Shown: positions 10,416 through 19,352, numbered from the stretch's first letter. The stretch: 32,000 bases of DNA from Geotalea daltonii FRC-32 (GCF_000022265.1 NC_011979.1:2520001-2552000); one strand, 5' to 3'. Translations and numbers: made by a program. Notes: generated from the sequence alone by a model not told the origin.

Positions 10416-10682
10416 ATGCTTGAGCAGGAATTTACCATAGTCAATAAGCTCGGTCTTCATGCCAGAGCTTCTGCGCTTTTCGTCAAGACTGCCAGCCGTT
10501 TTACTTCGGAGATCAGAATCGAACGGGAAGGTGTTGAGGTGAACGGCAAAAGTATCATGGGTATCATGATGCTGGCTGCTGCAAAAGGGAGCGTTATCCG
10601 GGTGAAAGCTGAGGGGAGCGACGAGGTTGAGGTCATGGAAACCCTTGGAGATCTCATAAGAAATGGTTTCGGCGAAGATTGA
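10416..10682 (+). CDS. ptsH: phosphocarrier protein HPr
   Basis: 88 aa. His15 site [10 protein letters not shown] and the regulatory Ser46 site NGKSIMGIM are both present. Confidence 0.92.
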   Translation: MLEQEFTIVNKLGLHARASALFVKTASRFTSEIRIEREGVEVNGKSIMGIMMLAAAKGSVIRVKAEGSDEVEVMETLGDLIRNGFGED

Positions 10683-10686
10683 CAAT

Positions 10687-12426
10687 ATGGTTTTGCAGGG
10701 GATAGGTGTCTCTGCCGGCATCGCCATAGGCCAGGCAAAGATTGCCGACAGGGCACGTGTTGCCGTTGTTGAAACAGCGGTGAAAAGACATGAGATCCCA
10801 CTGGAGTTGGATCGCCTGAAAAAGGCGATGGCATTGGCTAAAACCGAATTAGAAGGTGTTAAAGAGGCCGTAGCGGCCAAACGTGGTGATGAGCATCTTC
10901 ACCACATCGATACCCATCTGCTGCTTCTCGATGATGCGATGCTGATTGAAGAAACATCTGCATTGATCGAGAAGGAGGGCATAAATGCAGAGGGGGCGCT
11001 GAAAAGAACTTTGCACCGGCTGAAGGACTTTTTTAGCGGTGTCGAGGACGAATATCTGCGCGAACGTAGCGCCGACGTTGAAACAGTGGTCGAGCGTATC
11101 TTGCGCAACATGGTAGGTAAAAAGCACGAACCCCTCACCGGCATCGACGGCAAAGTGATCGTTGTTGCCCATGACCTCTCCCCATCGGACATTCTCCAGA
11201 TTGACAAGACAACGGTAATTGGTTTCATCACAGAAATGGGGGGCAAAACTTCCCATACCTCCATATTGGCACGTGCTCTGGAGATTCCCGCTGTAGTGGG
11301 TATGGAGCGTATTGCCAGCGTGGTAACAGAGGATGCCATCATCATTATCGATGGCTTTACCGGCGCCGTTATTCTCAATCCCGACCAGGAAACTTTCCGC
11401 GACTATCTCCGCCGCAAACAGCATTACGAATATGTGGAGCGCGAGCTGCTCAAGCTGAAGGACCTTCCTGCCGTTACCCTTGACGGTTTCGCCATGAGCC
11501 TGAAGGCAAACGTGGAGATAGTGGAAGAGGTTCCATCTGTAAGGCGGCATGGAGCTGAAGGTATTGGACTCTATCGCACTGAAATGCTCTTCTTTAACCG
11601 GGAGAACCTTCCGGACGAAGAAGAGCAGTTTCTTGCCTATGCGGAGATCGTCAGGGAAATGGCCCCTAAACCGGTGACCATCAGGACTCTGGATGTGGGG
11701 GGAGATAAGGTTTTGACCGATCTGAACCTTGGAGACGAGGCCAATCCTGCCCTTGGCGTCAGGGCTATCCGCCTGTCGCTCATGCAGCCCGAAGCTTTCA
11801 GAGCACAGCTGCGTGCCATACTCAGGGCCAGCGCCCATGGGAAAGTACAGGTATTCTTTCCGATGATCTCGGGTGTCGATGAGGTAAGGCGGGCCAAGGC
11901 TATTGTCGAAGAGGTCAAGCAGGAGCTGAGGAGCGCTTTCATCCCATTTGATGAGGAGATCGAGATCGGCATCATGATTGAAATTCCTTCTGCCGTCATT
12001 ATCGCCGATCTTCTGGCCAGGGAGGTTGATTTCTTCAGTGTCGGAACCAATGACCTTATCCAGTATTCTCTCGCCATCGACCGCACCAATGAACATCTCT
12101 CAGCCCTTTATGAACCGTTGCATCCGGCAGTGCTCAGGTCACTGAAAATGGTGGTGGAGGCTGCCCACGGGGCAGGAATCGCGGCCTGCATTTGCGGCGA
12201 GATGGCAGGCGAACCGGAATATCTGCCCATACTGCTTGGGCTTGGTTTCGATGAACTTTCCATGAACGCCGTTTCAATACCGCGAGTCAAGAAAATCCTC
12301 CGACGTTGCACAAAGAAAGAGGCAGAGGCCGTTGCTGACCGTGCCATGACCTATGCTACCGCACAGGAGGCGGAATCCTACCTGAGAAGCGTGATTGCCG
12401 CCCGTTTTTCCGACAGCTTCGACTGA
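10687..12426 (+). CDS. ptsI: phosphoenolpyruvate-protein phosphotransferase (Enzyme I)
   Basis: Phosphohistidine motif [24 protein letters not shown]-utilising C-terminal domain ([24 protein letters not shown]). ATG 10687 aligns with the usual EI N-terminus ([15 protein letters not shown]); ATG 10663 is an alternative. Confidence 0.92.
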   Translation: MVLQGIGVSAGIAIGQAKIADRARVAVVETAVKRHEIPLELDRLKKAMALAKTELEGVKEAVAAKRGDEHLHHIDTHLLLLDDAMLIEETSALIEKEGINAEGALKRTLHRLKDFFSGVEDEYLRERSADVETVVERILRNMVGKKHEPLTGIDGKVIVVAHDLSPSDILQIDKTTVIGFITEMGGKTSHTSILARALEIPAVVGMERIASVVTEDAIIIIDGFTGAVILNPDQETFRDYLRRKQHYEYVERELLKLKDLPAVTLDGFAMSLKANVEIVEEVPSVRRHGAEGIGLYRTEMLFFNRENLPDEEEQFLAYAEIVREMAPKPVTIRTLDVGGDKVLTDLNLGDEANPALGVRAIRLSLMQPEAFRAQLRAILRASAHGKVQVFFPMISGVDEVRRAKAIVEEVKQELRSAFIPFDEEIEIGIMIEIPSAVIIADLLAREVDFFSVGTNDLIQYSLAIDRTNEHLSALYEPLHPAVLRSLKMVVEAAHGAGIAACICGEMAGEPEYLPILLGLGFDELSMNAVSIPRVKKILRRCTKKEAEAVADRAMTYATAQEAESYLRSVIAARFSDSFD

Positions 12427-12447
12427 TTCGCATTCCAACAAGTATCC

Positions 12448-13212
12448 TCACATTGCCTTTAAGAACGCTTCTACCCCTATTGCCAGACTTTTGCCTGCGG
12501 CGTTGGAGTTTCTTGCCAGTCTCAACAGTTGCGGAATGATCCACGGTTTTTTCGCGACAGTTACGAGAATTTTTGTCATTTTTATATTCATTTCACTGTC
12601 GGTGAATTCTTCAAGGCTGAAGCCCAGTTCCTCTTCAGCTGCATCACTGATGGCGCGCATGGCGGCAAAAGGTATACCCGCTTCTACAGCTGCTGCAGCT
12701 ACAGCTGCTGATTCCATTTCCAGCGCCGGATAGGGACAATTCTCGGGCAATGCCTTCGCAAGTGTGCTCTTCCCGGTGATCTTCAGGGTGGTTATAAAGG
12801 AGCTTCTGTAAATGTTGTTTTCTGCAGAGGCTTCTTGCCGGACCAGGCAATGCATCCGGTTGACCAGTTCCGCTGACGGCATTGCTTCTTTCCTGAACCG
12901 AGTTCCATCGTAACTGAAAACCTGGTCAGCCAGGACAAGGTCTCCCACGCGTGGACCGGCTGTCACGGCGCCGGCAAAGCCGAAATTAATAATGATATCC
13001 GGACTTGCTGTCTTAATAAGGAACCGGGTTGCTCTTGCGGCATGCTTCGCTCCCATGCCTGACCGGACAAGAACAATCTTTTTGACATCTAAGCCGAACC
13101 GAAACAATTCAAAGGATTCTCTTTTCTCCCTTTGATAAATGCCGATACGCTTCAGCAGCGGATTCACTTCTTCCGGCATGGCGGCGATAATTCCGATAGT
13201 GGAAATATTCAT
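12448..13212 (-). CDS. hpnG: nucleoside phosphorylase-family protein, hopanoid-associated phosphorylase (HpnG)-like
   Basis: PNP/UDP/MTA-nucleosidase fold (IGIIAAMPEEV..., FGFAGAV, ALEMESAAVAAAAVEAGIPFAAMRAISD) with a C-terminal extension. Divergent from the hpnJ/hpnK-like genes. Start ATG at 13212 with GGGAG SD. MTA/SAH nucleosidase or futalosine hydrolase cannot be excluded by eye. Confidence 0.55.
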   Translation of the reverse strand: MNISTIGIIAAMPEEVNPLLKRIGIYQREKRESFELFRFGLDVKKIVLVRSGMGAKHAARATRFLIKTASPDIIINFGFAGAVTAGPRVGDLVLADQVFSYDGTRFRKEAMPSAELVNRMHCLVRQEASAENNIYRSSFITTLKITGKSTLAKALPENCPYPALEMESAAVAAAAVEAGIPFAAMRAISDAAEEELGFSLEEFTDSEMNIKMTKILVTVAKKPWIIPQLLRLARNSNAAGKSLAIGVEAFLKAM

Positions 13213-13297
13213 AAGCAAAACTCCCTGGGACTTCTTTGTCGGAAGTTAACAGAGATTGCCTTGTCCGGCAACAGTAAAGAGGGCAGGGGCTTTAATC

Positions 13298-13326
13298 TTG
13301 ACAACCAGGCTACCTATCTATATTCT
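13298..13326 (+). promoter_or_regulatory. sigma-70-like promoter for hpnJ-hpnK (TTGACA-17 nt-TATTCT)
   Basis: Perfect -35 TTGACA at 13298-13303, 17-nt spacer, TATTCT at 13321-13326 (or TATATT with a 15-nt spacer). It lies 46 nt upstream of ATG 13372. Confidence 0.35.
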
Positions 13327-13371
13327 AACCGTTTGTTTTTCATGAACATGGCAGCAAGACAGGAGTTCTTG

Positions 13372-14802
13372 ATGAAACCGTTATTTTTGAATCCACCCAC
13401 TTTTGAAGACTTTGACGGCGGTGCCGGTGCCAGATACCAGGCCTCCCGTGAAGTAACCTCTTTCTGGTACCCTACCTGGCTCTGTTATCCGGCAGGCATG
13501 ATCCCTGGCAGCAGGGTGGTCGATGCCCCTGTTCAGCGGCTTACCCTGGAGGACTGCCTGAAGATAGCCCTGGATTACGATATGGTCGTTATGTACACCT
13601 CAACGCCGACACTGGCCATCGATGTGGAAACGGCGCGACGGATCAAGGCGCAGAAACCCTCTACCGTAACCGTCCTGACCGGCCCCCATGTCTCGGTCCT
13701 GCCTGAGGAATCCCTCAAGTTTGCGGCAGGCGCTGTGGACCTGGTTTGCCGCGGGGAATTCGACTACTCCACAAAGGAGCTGTGCGAGGGCAGGGCCTGG
13801 CAAGAAGTTGACGGCATCACCTTCATCATGGACGGCAAAATCATCAGTACTCCTGATCGCCCCCCGATCGAGGACCTGGATGCACTGCCTTTTGCCAGTC
13901 AAGTCTACATGCGGGACCTGCCGGTCAATGAGTATGTCATCCCCCATTTCAAGCATCCCTATGTATCTATTTACTCCAGCCGCGGCTGTCCGTCCAAATG
14001 CATATACTGCCTCTGGCCTCAGACCTTCTCCGGCCGCGCCATGCGTGTCCGGAGCGCCGAGAACGTCTATCAGGAAGTGAAGTGGATTGTGGAAAATGTT
14101 CCTGGTGTCAAAGAAATCTCCTTTGATGACGACACCTTCACTGCCAACCGCGAGCATGCACGGGCCGTGGCCGAAAAACTCAAACCGCTGGGCATTTCCT
14201 GGACCATAAATGCCCGGGCCAACTGCGATTACGAAACCCTTCGCATCATGCGCGATGCGGGCTTGCGCCATGTGGTAGTCGGCTTTGAAACCGGCAACGA
14301 ACAGATCCTCAAGAACATCAAAAAAGGGGTGACCAAGGCTCAGGCAATTGAGTTTACCCGCAATTGCAAGAAACTTGGCCTTTCCGTCCATGGCGCCTTC
14401 ATCATGGGACTTCCTGGTGAGACCCGCGAGACAATCCGCGAAACCATAGAGTATGCCAAGGCTCTCGATCTAAATTCCATCCAGGCCTCGCTCGCTTCAC
14501 CATATCCCGGTACCGAGTTCTATGATCTGTGCAAGCAGGAGGGATGGATCACCTCCGATTCCTTCCTTGATGAAACCGGCCACCAGACCTGTGTCATCAA
14601 CTATCCTCACCTATCCAACAAGGAAATCTTCGACGCTGTTGAACTTTTCTACGACAAGTTCTATTTCCGCCCCAAATATATCCTGCGCAGCATTGGCCGG
14701 ATGATTGTCAATGGCGAAGAGCGGCGCAAGTTGCTCAAGGAAGGACGCCAGTACCTGGAATACATGCGCAAGCGCAAGCAGGCCAGTCAGGGCTGTAACT
14801 AG
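13372..14802 (+). CDS. hpnJ: B12-binding-domain radical SAM protein, HpnJ-like (hopanoid cyclitol ether formation)
   Basis: ATG 13372 is preceded by AGGAG. The N-terminus MKPLFLNPPTFEDFDGGAGARYQASREVTSFWYPTWL is as I recall for HpnJ. Radical SAM cluster motif CPSKCIYC. Followed directly by a YdjC/HpnK-like gene. ORF-track residues 13132-13371 overlap the divergent gene and are not coding. Confidence 0.65.
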   Translation: MKPLFLNPPTFEDFDGGAGARYQASREVTSFWYPTWLCYPAGMIPGSRVVDAPVQRLTLEDCLKIALDYDMVVMYTSTPTLAIDVETARRIKAQKPSTVTVLTGPHVSVLPEESLKFAAGAVDLVCRGEFDYSTKELCEGRAWQEVDGITFIMDGKIISTPDRPPIEDLDALPFASQVYMRDLPVNEYVIPHFKHPYVSIYSSRGCPSKCIYCLWPQTFSGRAMRVRSAENVYQEVKWIVENVPGVKEISFDDDTFTANREHARAVAEKLKPLGISWTINARANCDYETLRIMRDAGLRHVVVGFETGNEQILKNIKKGVTKAQAIEFTRNCKKLGLSVHGAFIMGLPGETRETIRETIEYAKALDLNSIQASLASPYPGTEFYDLCKQEGWITSDSFLDETGHQTCVINYPHLSNKEIFDAVELFYDKFYFRPKYILRSIGRMIVNGEERRKLLKEGRQYLEYMRKRKQASQGCN

Positions 14803-14807
14803 CCATC

Positions 14808-15674
14808 ATGAAAGAACTGATTATCAATGCCGATGATTTCGGCCTTTCCCGCGGCGCCAACCTCGGCATCATCCGAGCCTGGCAGGAAGGTATCCTCACC
14901 AGTGCCTCGCTGATGGTAGGAGGTCTGGCCTTTGATGAGGCAGTATCTTTGGCAAAGGCCAATCCTGGGCTGCAGGTGGGATTGCATCTTACCCTGCTGC
15001 AGGGAAGGGCTGTGGCGAAACATCCCGGCTTCCCCACCCTGGTCGACCGGGAAGGCAACTTTACCAACGATCCGGTCATGGCCGGCATGCGGTATTTCTT
15101 CCTCAAGCCCCTGCGCAAACAATTGGCTGGAGAGATCGAGGCGCAAATTGAGAAATTCCTAGCCACTGGCCTGCCACTGTCACACATCGACGGTCATCTG
15201 AACATTCATATGCATCCGGTTGTCTTCGACATACTGCTGCAGTTGATGCCAAGGTATGGCATTACCAGCTTCCGCCTGAGCAGGGAGCGATTTTTCGACA
15301 ATATTGTCCTCGACCGACAGCGAATGCTCGGCAAAGCGGCTGATGCCTTCATCTTTGCTTCTTTGGCAAAACGCTGTCGACCAGAATTGGAAATGCGCAA
15401 AGTTTCGTTCGCTGGAGAGGTGAAGGGATTACTTAATTCGGGCTGCATGACCGAACCTTATCTGCTGAAAGCCCTGGAAAGGTTGCGGCCGGGCCTGTCC
15501 GAGATTTATTTCCATCCCGGCTGCTACCCTTGCGATGAACTGAAAAAATGGATGCCCGATTACCTGCATGAAGGGGAGTTGGCGGCCCTGACCAGCCAGG
15601 TGGTGAAAGAGAAGCTGATGTCGCTGGGAGTAATCCTGCGCAATTACCGTGGAGAAAAGAAGGCTTATGCTTAA
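14808..15674 (+). CDS. hpnK: YdjC-family carbohydrate deacetylase, HpnK-like
   Basis: 288 aa. YdjC signature N-terminus MKELIINADDFGLSRGANLGI and HIDGHLNIHMHP. Starts 5 nt downstream of hpnJ. Confidence 0.65.
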   Translation: MKELIINADDFGLSRGANLGIIRAWQEGILTSASLMVGGLAFDEAVSLAKANPGLQVGLHLTLLQGRAVAKHPGFPTLVDREGNFTNDPVMAGMRYFFLKPLRKQLAGEIEAQIEKFLATGLPLSHIDGHLNIHMHPVVFDILLQLMPRYGITSFRLSRERFFDNIVLDRQRMLGKAADAFIFASLAKRCRPELEMRKVSFAGEVKGLLNSGCMTEPYLLKALERLRPGLSEIYFHPGCYPCDELKKWMPDYLHEGELAALTSQVVKEKLMSLGVILRNYRGEKKAYA

Positions 15675-16047
15675 GACTCTAATTGTAATGCTTGTGGCCA
15701 TAACGGCCGGAACAATCGGCGACATTCTCCTGGCGAAGGGGATGAAGGAACTGGGGGACCTTTCCTCCATGAATCTGCGCGGCATTCTCAATGTGGCCGT
15801 TCAGGCGCTGACATCGCCGAAGCTGATCATAGGTACCACCATGCTGGCAATTTTTTTCTTTCTGTGGTTGGCGGTGCTTTCCTGGGAAGACTTGTCGGTG
15901 GCTCTTCCGATGCAGGCATTGAACTACGTACTGGTTGCTTTCCTCTCCCAGTATTTTCTCCATGAGACCGTCACCCCCATGCGCTGGGCCGGTACCGTAC
16001 TCGTTTGCGTCGGGGTCATGCTCATTACCAAAAGCAGTGGCAGCTAG
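15667..16047 (+). CDS. small 4-TM EamA/DMT-type membrane protein (single EamA domain, ArnE/ArnF-like size)
   Basis: 126 aa from ATG 15667. Four hydrophobic segments (LIVMLVAITAGTIGDILLA, LIIGTTMLAIFFFLWLAVL, ALNYVLVAFLSQYFL, WAGTVLVCVGVMLI). The start overlaps the hpnK stop (ATGCTTAA, 8-nt overlap). GTG 15649 is an alternative start. Confidence 0.65.
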   Translation: MLKTLIVMLVAITAGTIGDILLAKGMKELGDLSSMNLRGILNVAVQALTSPKLIIGTTMLAIFFFLWLAVLSWEDLSVALPMQALNYVLVAFLSQYFLHETVTPMRWAGTVLVCVGVMLITKSSGS

Positions 16048-16071
16048 CAGGCTGCTGGCCTGCTAGTTTTT
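16044..16071. terminator. hairpin terminator shared by convergent genes
   Basis: 9-bp stem CTAGCAGGC (16044-16052) / GCCTGCTAG (16058-16066), 5-nt loop, then TTTTT (16067-16071). Each arm contains the stop codon of one convergent gene. Confidence 0.5.
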
Positions 16072-16443
16072 CTTCTGCATATCTTTAACCGCCTTTTCGA
16101 ATTTCTGCTGGTCGAATCCCTTGAGAATGACCTCGTCATTGCCGATGACAATCACCGGCACCCCCTGGCTTTTATACTTCTTTGTCAGGTCGTCCATGGC
16201 GTCGTCATCTACTTCAACATCCCTGTTGAGGAAAGGAATGTTGTTCCTGGTCAGATATTCCTTTGCCGCCTTACAATGTGGGCACCAGGACACGGAATAG
16301 AGCACAATCCTCGGATATTTTCGTTGGGCCGCTGCGGGTGGTTTCAGAGGGCTTTGCAGACTTTCTTCCATGGCTGATGCCTGACAGATTGTCGCGGTGC
16401 ACAATAAAGCAGAGATGATCAGGATTCTGGTTGCAGTTTGCAT
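16063..16443 (-). CDS. secreted glutaredoxin-fold thiol-disulfide protein (CPHC active site)
   Basis: ATG 16443 with GGGAG SD. Signal peptide MQTATRILIISALLCTATICQASA. Glutaredoxin-like core IVLYSVSWCPHCKAAKEYL...GVPVIVIG. 126 aa. Confidence 0.75.
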   Translation of the reverse strand: MQTATRILIISALLCTATICQASAMEESLQSPLKPPAAAQRKYPRIVLYSVSWCPHCKAAKEYLTRNNIPFLNRDVEVDDDAMDDLTKKYKSQGVPVIVIGNDEVILKGFDQQKFEKAVKDMQKKN

Positions 16444-16460
16444 GACAGCTCCCACTGTTC

Positions 16461-16835
16461 TCACTTTCCTTTTGTTTTGGCGGTAACAAGTTGTCTGCGG
16501 GTCAGGTTGAAGGTGATGGCCTTGGCGATGCCGGGTCTGCGGACCTTGAGCATCACCTTTGTGCCGGCAATGCCTCGCAGACGGTGATCTACCATATCCT
16601 GAAAGTTACTTCCCTCAGTGGGCTTGCCGTCAATTTGGGTTATTATGTCGCCTGTTTTTAACCCCGCCAGATGCGCCGGGCCTCCTGCCACCATCTGGCG
16701 AACTACGATCTGGCCGTTGGCCCAGGGTACGCCGTCTATGCCGATGCCGCCGAAATTGCTGGCGGAGTTGGCTGCCATGGCCTGCAAAGCCGTAAGGGTG
16801 AACATGGACAAAGTGATGGTAAGAGTTTTAAGCAT
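16461..16835 (-). CDS. secreted PDZ-domain-only protein
   Basis: 124 aa. Signal peptide MLKTLTITLSMFTLTALQAMA. PDZ core GGPAHLAGLKTGDIITQIDGKP. No attached protease domain. Its stop lies 17 nt upstream of the glutaredoxin-like gene. Confidence 0.75.
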   Translation of the reverse strand: MLKTLTITLSMFTLTALQAMAANSASNFGGIGIDGVPWANGQIVVRQMVAGGPAHLAGLKTGDIITQIDGKPTEGSNFQDMVDHRLRGIAGTKVMLKVRRPGIAKAITFNLTRRQLVTAKTKGK

Positions 16836-16932
16836 ACCTGCTAAAATATACTCCCAGCCTTAACCCTGTCAACCATGGATAAGCTGGAGGTTTGAGGTAT
16901 GCTTTATAATTATGCATTCGGGAGAAATGGCC

Positions 16933-18318
16933 ATGACTGGCAGAATCAGGATATGCGACGCATTGACTGCGAAAGAGGCGGGTGGAGAGCTTCTGGTAAA
17001 GGGATGGGCGAGGACGGTACGGGCAGGCAAGGACGTAGCTTTCCTTGCCGTCAATGACGGCTCATGCATAGCGAACCTGCAGGTGGTCGTCGAACCAGAT
17101 ATAGTCAACTATCCGGAAGTGAGCAGGCTCGGCACCGGCAGCGCCGTGGCCGTAAGGGGTGTTTTACGTGAGTCGCCTGCAGCTGGACAGAGGTATGAGC
17201 TTTCTGCCACACAGATTGAGATCATCGGCCAGGCAGACGAATCCTATCCACTACAGAAAAAACGCCATAGCTTTGAATACCTGCGGACTATTGCCCACCT
17301 GAGGCCCCGTACCAATACCTTCGGCGCTGTCTTCAGGGTCCGCTCATCCCTAGCCCAGGCCATTCATCGCTTCTTTGCCGAGCGAGGCTTTCTCTATGTC
17401 CATACACCCATAATCACCGCAAATGATTGCGAGGGGGCAGGGGAGTTGTTCCGCGTCACGACCCTCAATATGGCAAAGCCGCCGCTGAAGGCAGGCGAAG
17501 TTGATTATTCCGGCGATTTTTTCGCCCAGGCAACCGGGCTTACCGTCAGTGGACAATTGGAGGGAGAGCTTTTCGCCCAGGCATTTTCAAATATCTATAC
17601 CTTCGGCCCGACTTTCCGGGCTGAAAATTCCAATACGGCGCGTCATGCGGCAGAATTCTGGATGATAGAGCCGGAGATGGCCTTCGCTGATCTTATGGCT
17701 GATGCGGCTCTGGCTGAAGACTTTTTGAAGTTTCTCTGCCGTCATGTTCTGGACAACTGCACAGAGGATATGCGGTTTTTCAACGACCAGATCGACAAGG
17801 GCCTTCTGTCGCGGATCGAGGCGGTGGCTTCATCATCCTTTGCCGTCATGGAATATACCGAGGCAATCGATCATCTGAAAAAAGCGGCTGTCCCTTTTAC
17901 CTTTCCTGTTGAATGGGGACTGGACCTGCAGTCGGAACATGAGCGTTACATAACCGAGCAGGTTGTTGGAGGTCCTGTTTTCCTCATCAATTATCCAAAG
18001 GATATCAAGGCATTTTACATGCGGCAGAATGACGACGGCAGGACGGTTGCAGCAATGGACCTGCTGGTGCCCAAGGTGGGAGAGATCATTGGCGGCAGCC
18101 AGCGGGAAGAGCGGTTTGATCTGCTTCTTGAGCGCATGGGGGAGCTGGGTATAAATGAAGAAGGGCTCTGGTGGTACCTGGACAGCCGCCGCTGGGGCTC
18201 CTGTCCACATGCCGGCTTCGGTTTGGGATTCGAGCGCCTGCTCATGTATCTTACCGGCATGGAAAACATCCGCGACGTCATTCCTTTTCCCCGTACGCCC
18301 AGGCATGCCGAGTTTTGA
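16933..18318 (+). CDS. asnS: asparagine--tRNA ligase
   Basis: Class IIb aaRS. N-terminal OB fold, motif 2 region [24 protein letters not shown], motif 3 [15 protein letters not shown] 16933 has GGGAG 8 nt upstream; ATG 16912 and 16927 are alternatives. Confidence 0.93.
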   Translation: MTGRIRICDALTAKEAGGELLVKGWARTVRAGKDVAFLAVNDGSCIANLQVVVEPDIVNYPEVSRLGTGSAVAVRGVLRESPAAGQRYELSATQIEIIGQADESYPLQKKRHSFEYLRTIAHLRPRTNTFGAVFRVRSSLAQAIHRFFAERGFLYVHTPIITANDCEGAGELFRVTTLNMAKPPLKAGEVDYSGDFFAQATGLTVSGQLEGELFAQAFSNIYTFGPTFRAENSNTARHAAEFWMIEPEMAFADLMADAALAEDFLKFLCRHVLDNCTEDMRFFNDQIDKGLLSRIEAVASSSFAVMEYTEAIDHLKKAAVPFTFPVEWGLDLQSEHERYITEQVVGGPVFLINYPKDIKAFYMRQNDDGRTVAAMDLLVPKVGEIIGGSQREERFDLLLERMGELGINEEGLWWYLDSRRWGSCPHAGFGLGFERLLMYLTGMENIRDVIPFPRTPRHAEF

Positions 18319-18399
18319 TAGCAGCTGCGGCGATCGAATTAATGGACGAAGCCCCGGCAATCTCATACCGCTAATTTTGCAATCAATTTAGCCATCTTT

Positions 18400-18431
18400 A
18401 AGGCATCGGCGCGGCAGCCGATGCCTTTTTT
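18400..18431 (+). terminator. rho-independent terminator after asnS
   Basis: 11-bp stem AAGGCATCGGC (18400-18410) / GCCGATGCCTT (18417-18427), 6-nt loop, and a T-run through 18431. Confidence 0.8.
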
Positions 18432-18524
18432 CTTTATAAAAAGCGCTTTTTTATGTATCTTTCCCCAGTTGCCTTCAGGCTATTCTTCTCCCCACGACTC
18501 AATTCCGGAAAGGTTTTATTTATT

Positions 18525-19352
18525 ATGATTAAACATCAGACCACCATAAACCGCATTTTCAAACTATCCGGTATCGGCCTTCACACCGGCCGGGAGGTTA
18601 CCATGGAATTCCTGCCCCGGCGGGAATTCGGCATTGCCTTTGTCTTCAATGGTCAGCTGGTACCTGCCCGTTACGACATGGTTGCCGACACCCGTCTTTC
18701 CACACAGGTTGCAGCCGGGGAGGCATCTGTCGCCACAATCGAGCATCTTATGGCGGCCTTCTATTTTTCCGGCATCACCAACTGCCTTGTCTATATTGAT
18801 GGACCTGAGGTGCCGATCATGGACGGCTCGGCTTGGGAATTCTACCATGAGCTCTGGCGCGCCGGAATTTATGAGTTTCCCGAGTCGGGGGTGTATCTGA
18901 AAATTCAGCGCCCGGTCGAGGTCCGGCATAACGACGCCTTTGTCCGGGTCAAACCCCTTAACACCCTGGACATCACCATGACCATCGAATTTCGTCCACC
19001 AGTTGGAAAACAGCGCAAGCGTGTCATGGACGTGGAAAATGCCATTTCCATCATAAACTCCCGTACCTTTGTCCTGCATGAAGAGATTGAGGCTATCAAA
19101 AAAGCCGGTCTGGCCAAGGGAGGATCCCTGGAAAACGCCGTCGTCATAGGTGGCGATAGTATCGTAAACCCCCAGGGGCTTCGCTACAAGAAAGAGCTGG
19201 TGAACCACAAGATTCTCGACCTGATTGGCGATTTTTATACGTGTGGCTACCGTTTGCTGGGCAAGGTGGAGGCCCACAAGACCGGGCATTACCTGAACAA
19301 TCTGTTCCTGCGTGAGGTGTTCGCAGATCCTGCCAATTACGCTGTCTACTGA
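18525..19352 (+). CDS. lpxC: UDP-3-O-acyl-N-acetylglucosamine deacetylase
   Basis: From ATG 18525: MIKHQTTINRIFKLSGIGLHTG... matches the LpxC N-terminus. Also TIEHLMAA, DGSA and HKTGHYLNN motifs. 275 aa. Residues 18453-18524 are a likely spurious extension. Confidence 0.88.
   Translation: MIKHQTTINRIFKLSGIGLHTGREVTMEFLPRREFGIAFVFNGQLVPARYDMVADTRLSTQVAAGEASVATIEHLMAAFYFSGITNCLVYIDGPEVPIMDGSAWEFYHELWRAGIYEFPESGVYLKIQRPVEVRHNDAFVRVKPLNTLDITMTIEFRPPVGKQRKRVMDVENAISIINSRTFVLHEEIEAIKKAGLAKGGSLENAVVIGGDSIVNPQGLRYKKELVNHKILDLIGDFYTCGYRLLGKVEAHKTGHYLNNLFLREVFADPANYAVY

Noticed and set aside
9741-12096. Two very long antisense ORFs (9741-10880, 379 aa; 10849-12096, 415 aa) tiling the minus strand opposite rapZ, EIIA, ptsH and ptsI.
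   Set aside because: The plus strand encodes proteins with unmistakable catalytic motifs throughout ([36 protein letters not shown]). The antisense products are low-complexity (S/A/R/P-rich), have no SD context and show no recognisable domains. They are best explained as stop-codon-poor shadow frames.
12395-12733. 112-aa plus-strand ORF overlapping the ptsI 3' end and the 3' part of the hpnG-like gene.
   Set aside because: It is antisense to a nucleoside phosphorylase-fold gene with clear motifs. The product is Ser/Ala-rich and low-complexity.
13132-13371. 5' extensions of several track ORFs, namely 13132-13371, 7117-7149, 9087-9131, 1218-1247, 18453-18524, 28651-28707, 30080-30145, 31282-31377, 23868-23945 and 16444-16464.
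   Set aside because: In each case an internal ATG with a proper SD aligns with the family's usual N-terminus. The extension either overlaps the neighbouring gene or promoter, or encodes implausible sequence.
13600-14391. 263-aa minus-strand ORF inside hpnJ.
   Set aside because: It is antisense to a radical SAM protein with an intact CxxxCxxC motif. The product is Gly/Ala/Arg-rich with no motifs. Shadow ORF.
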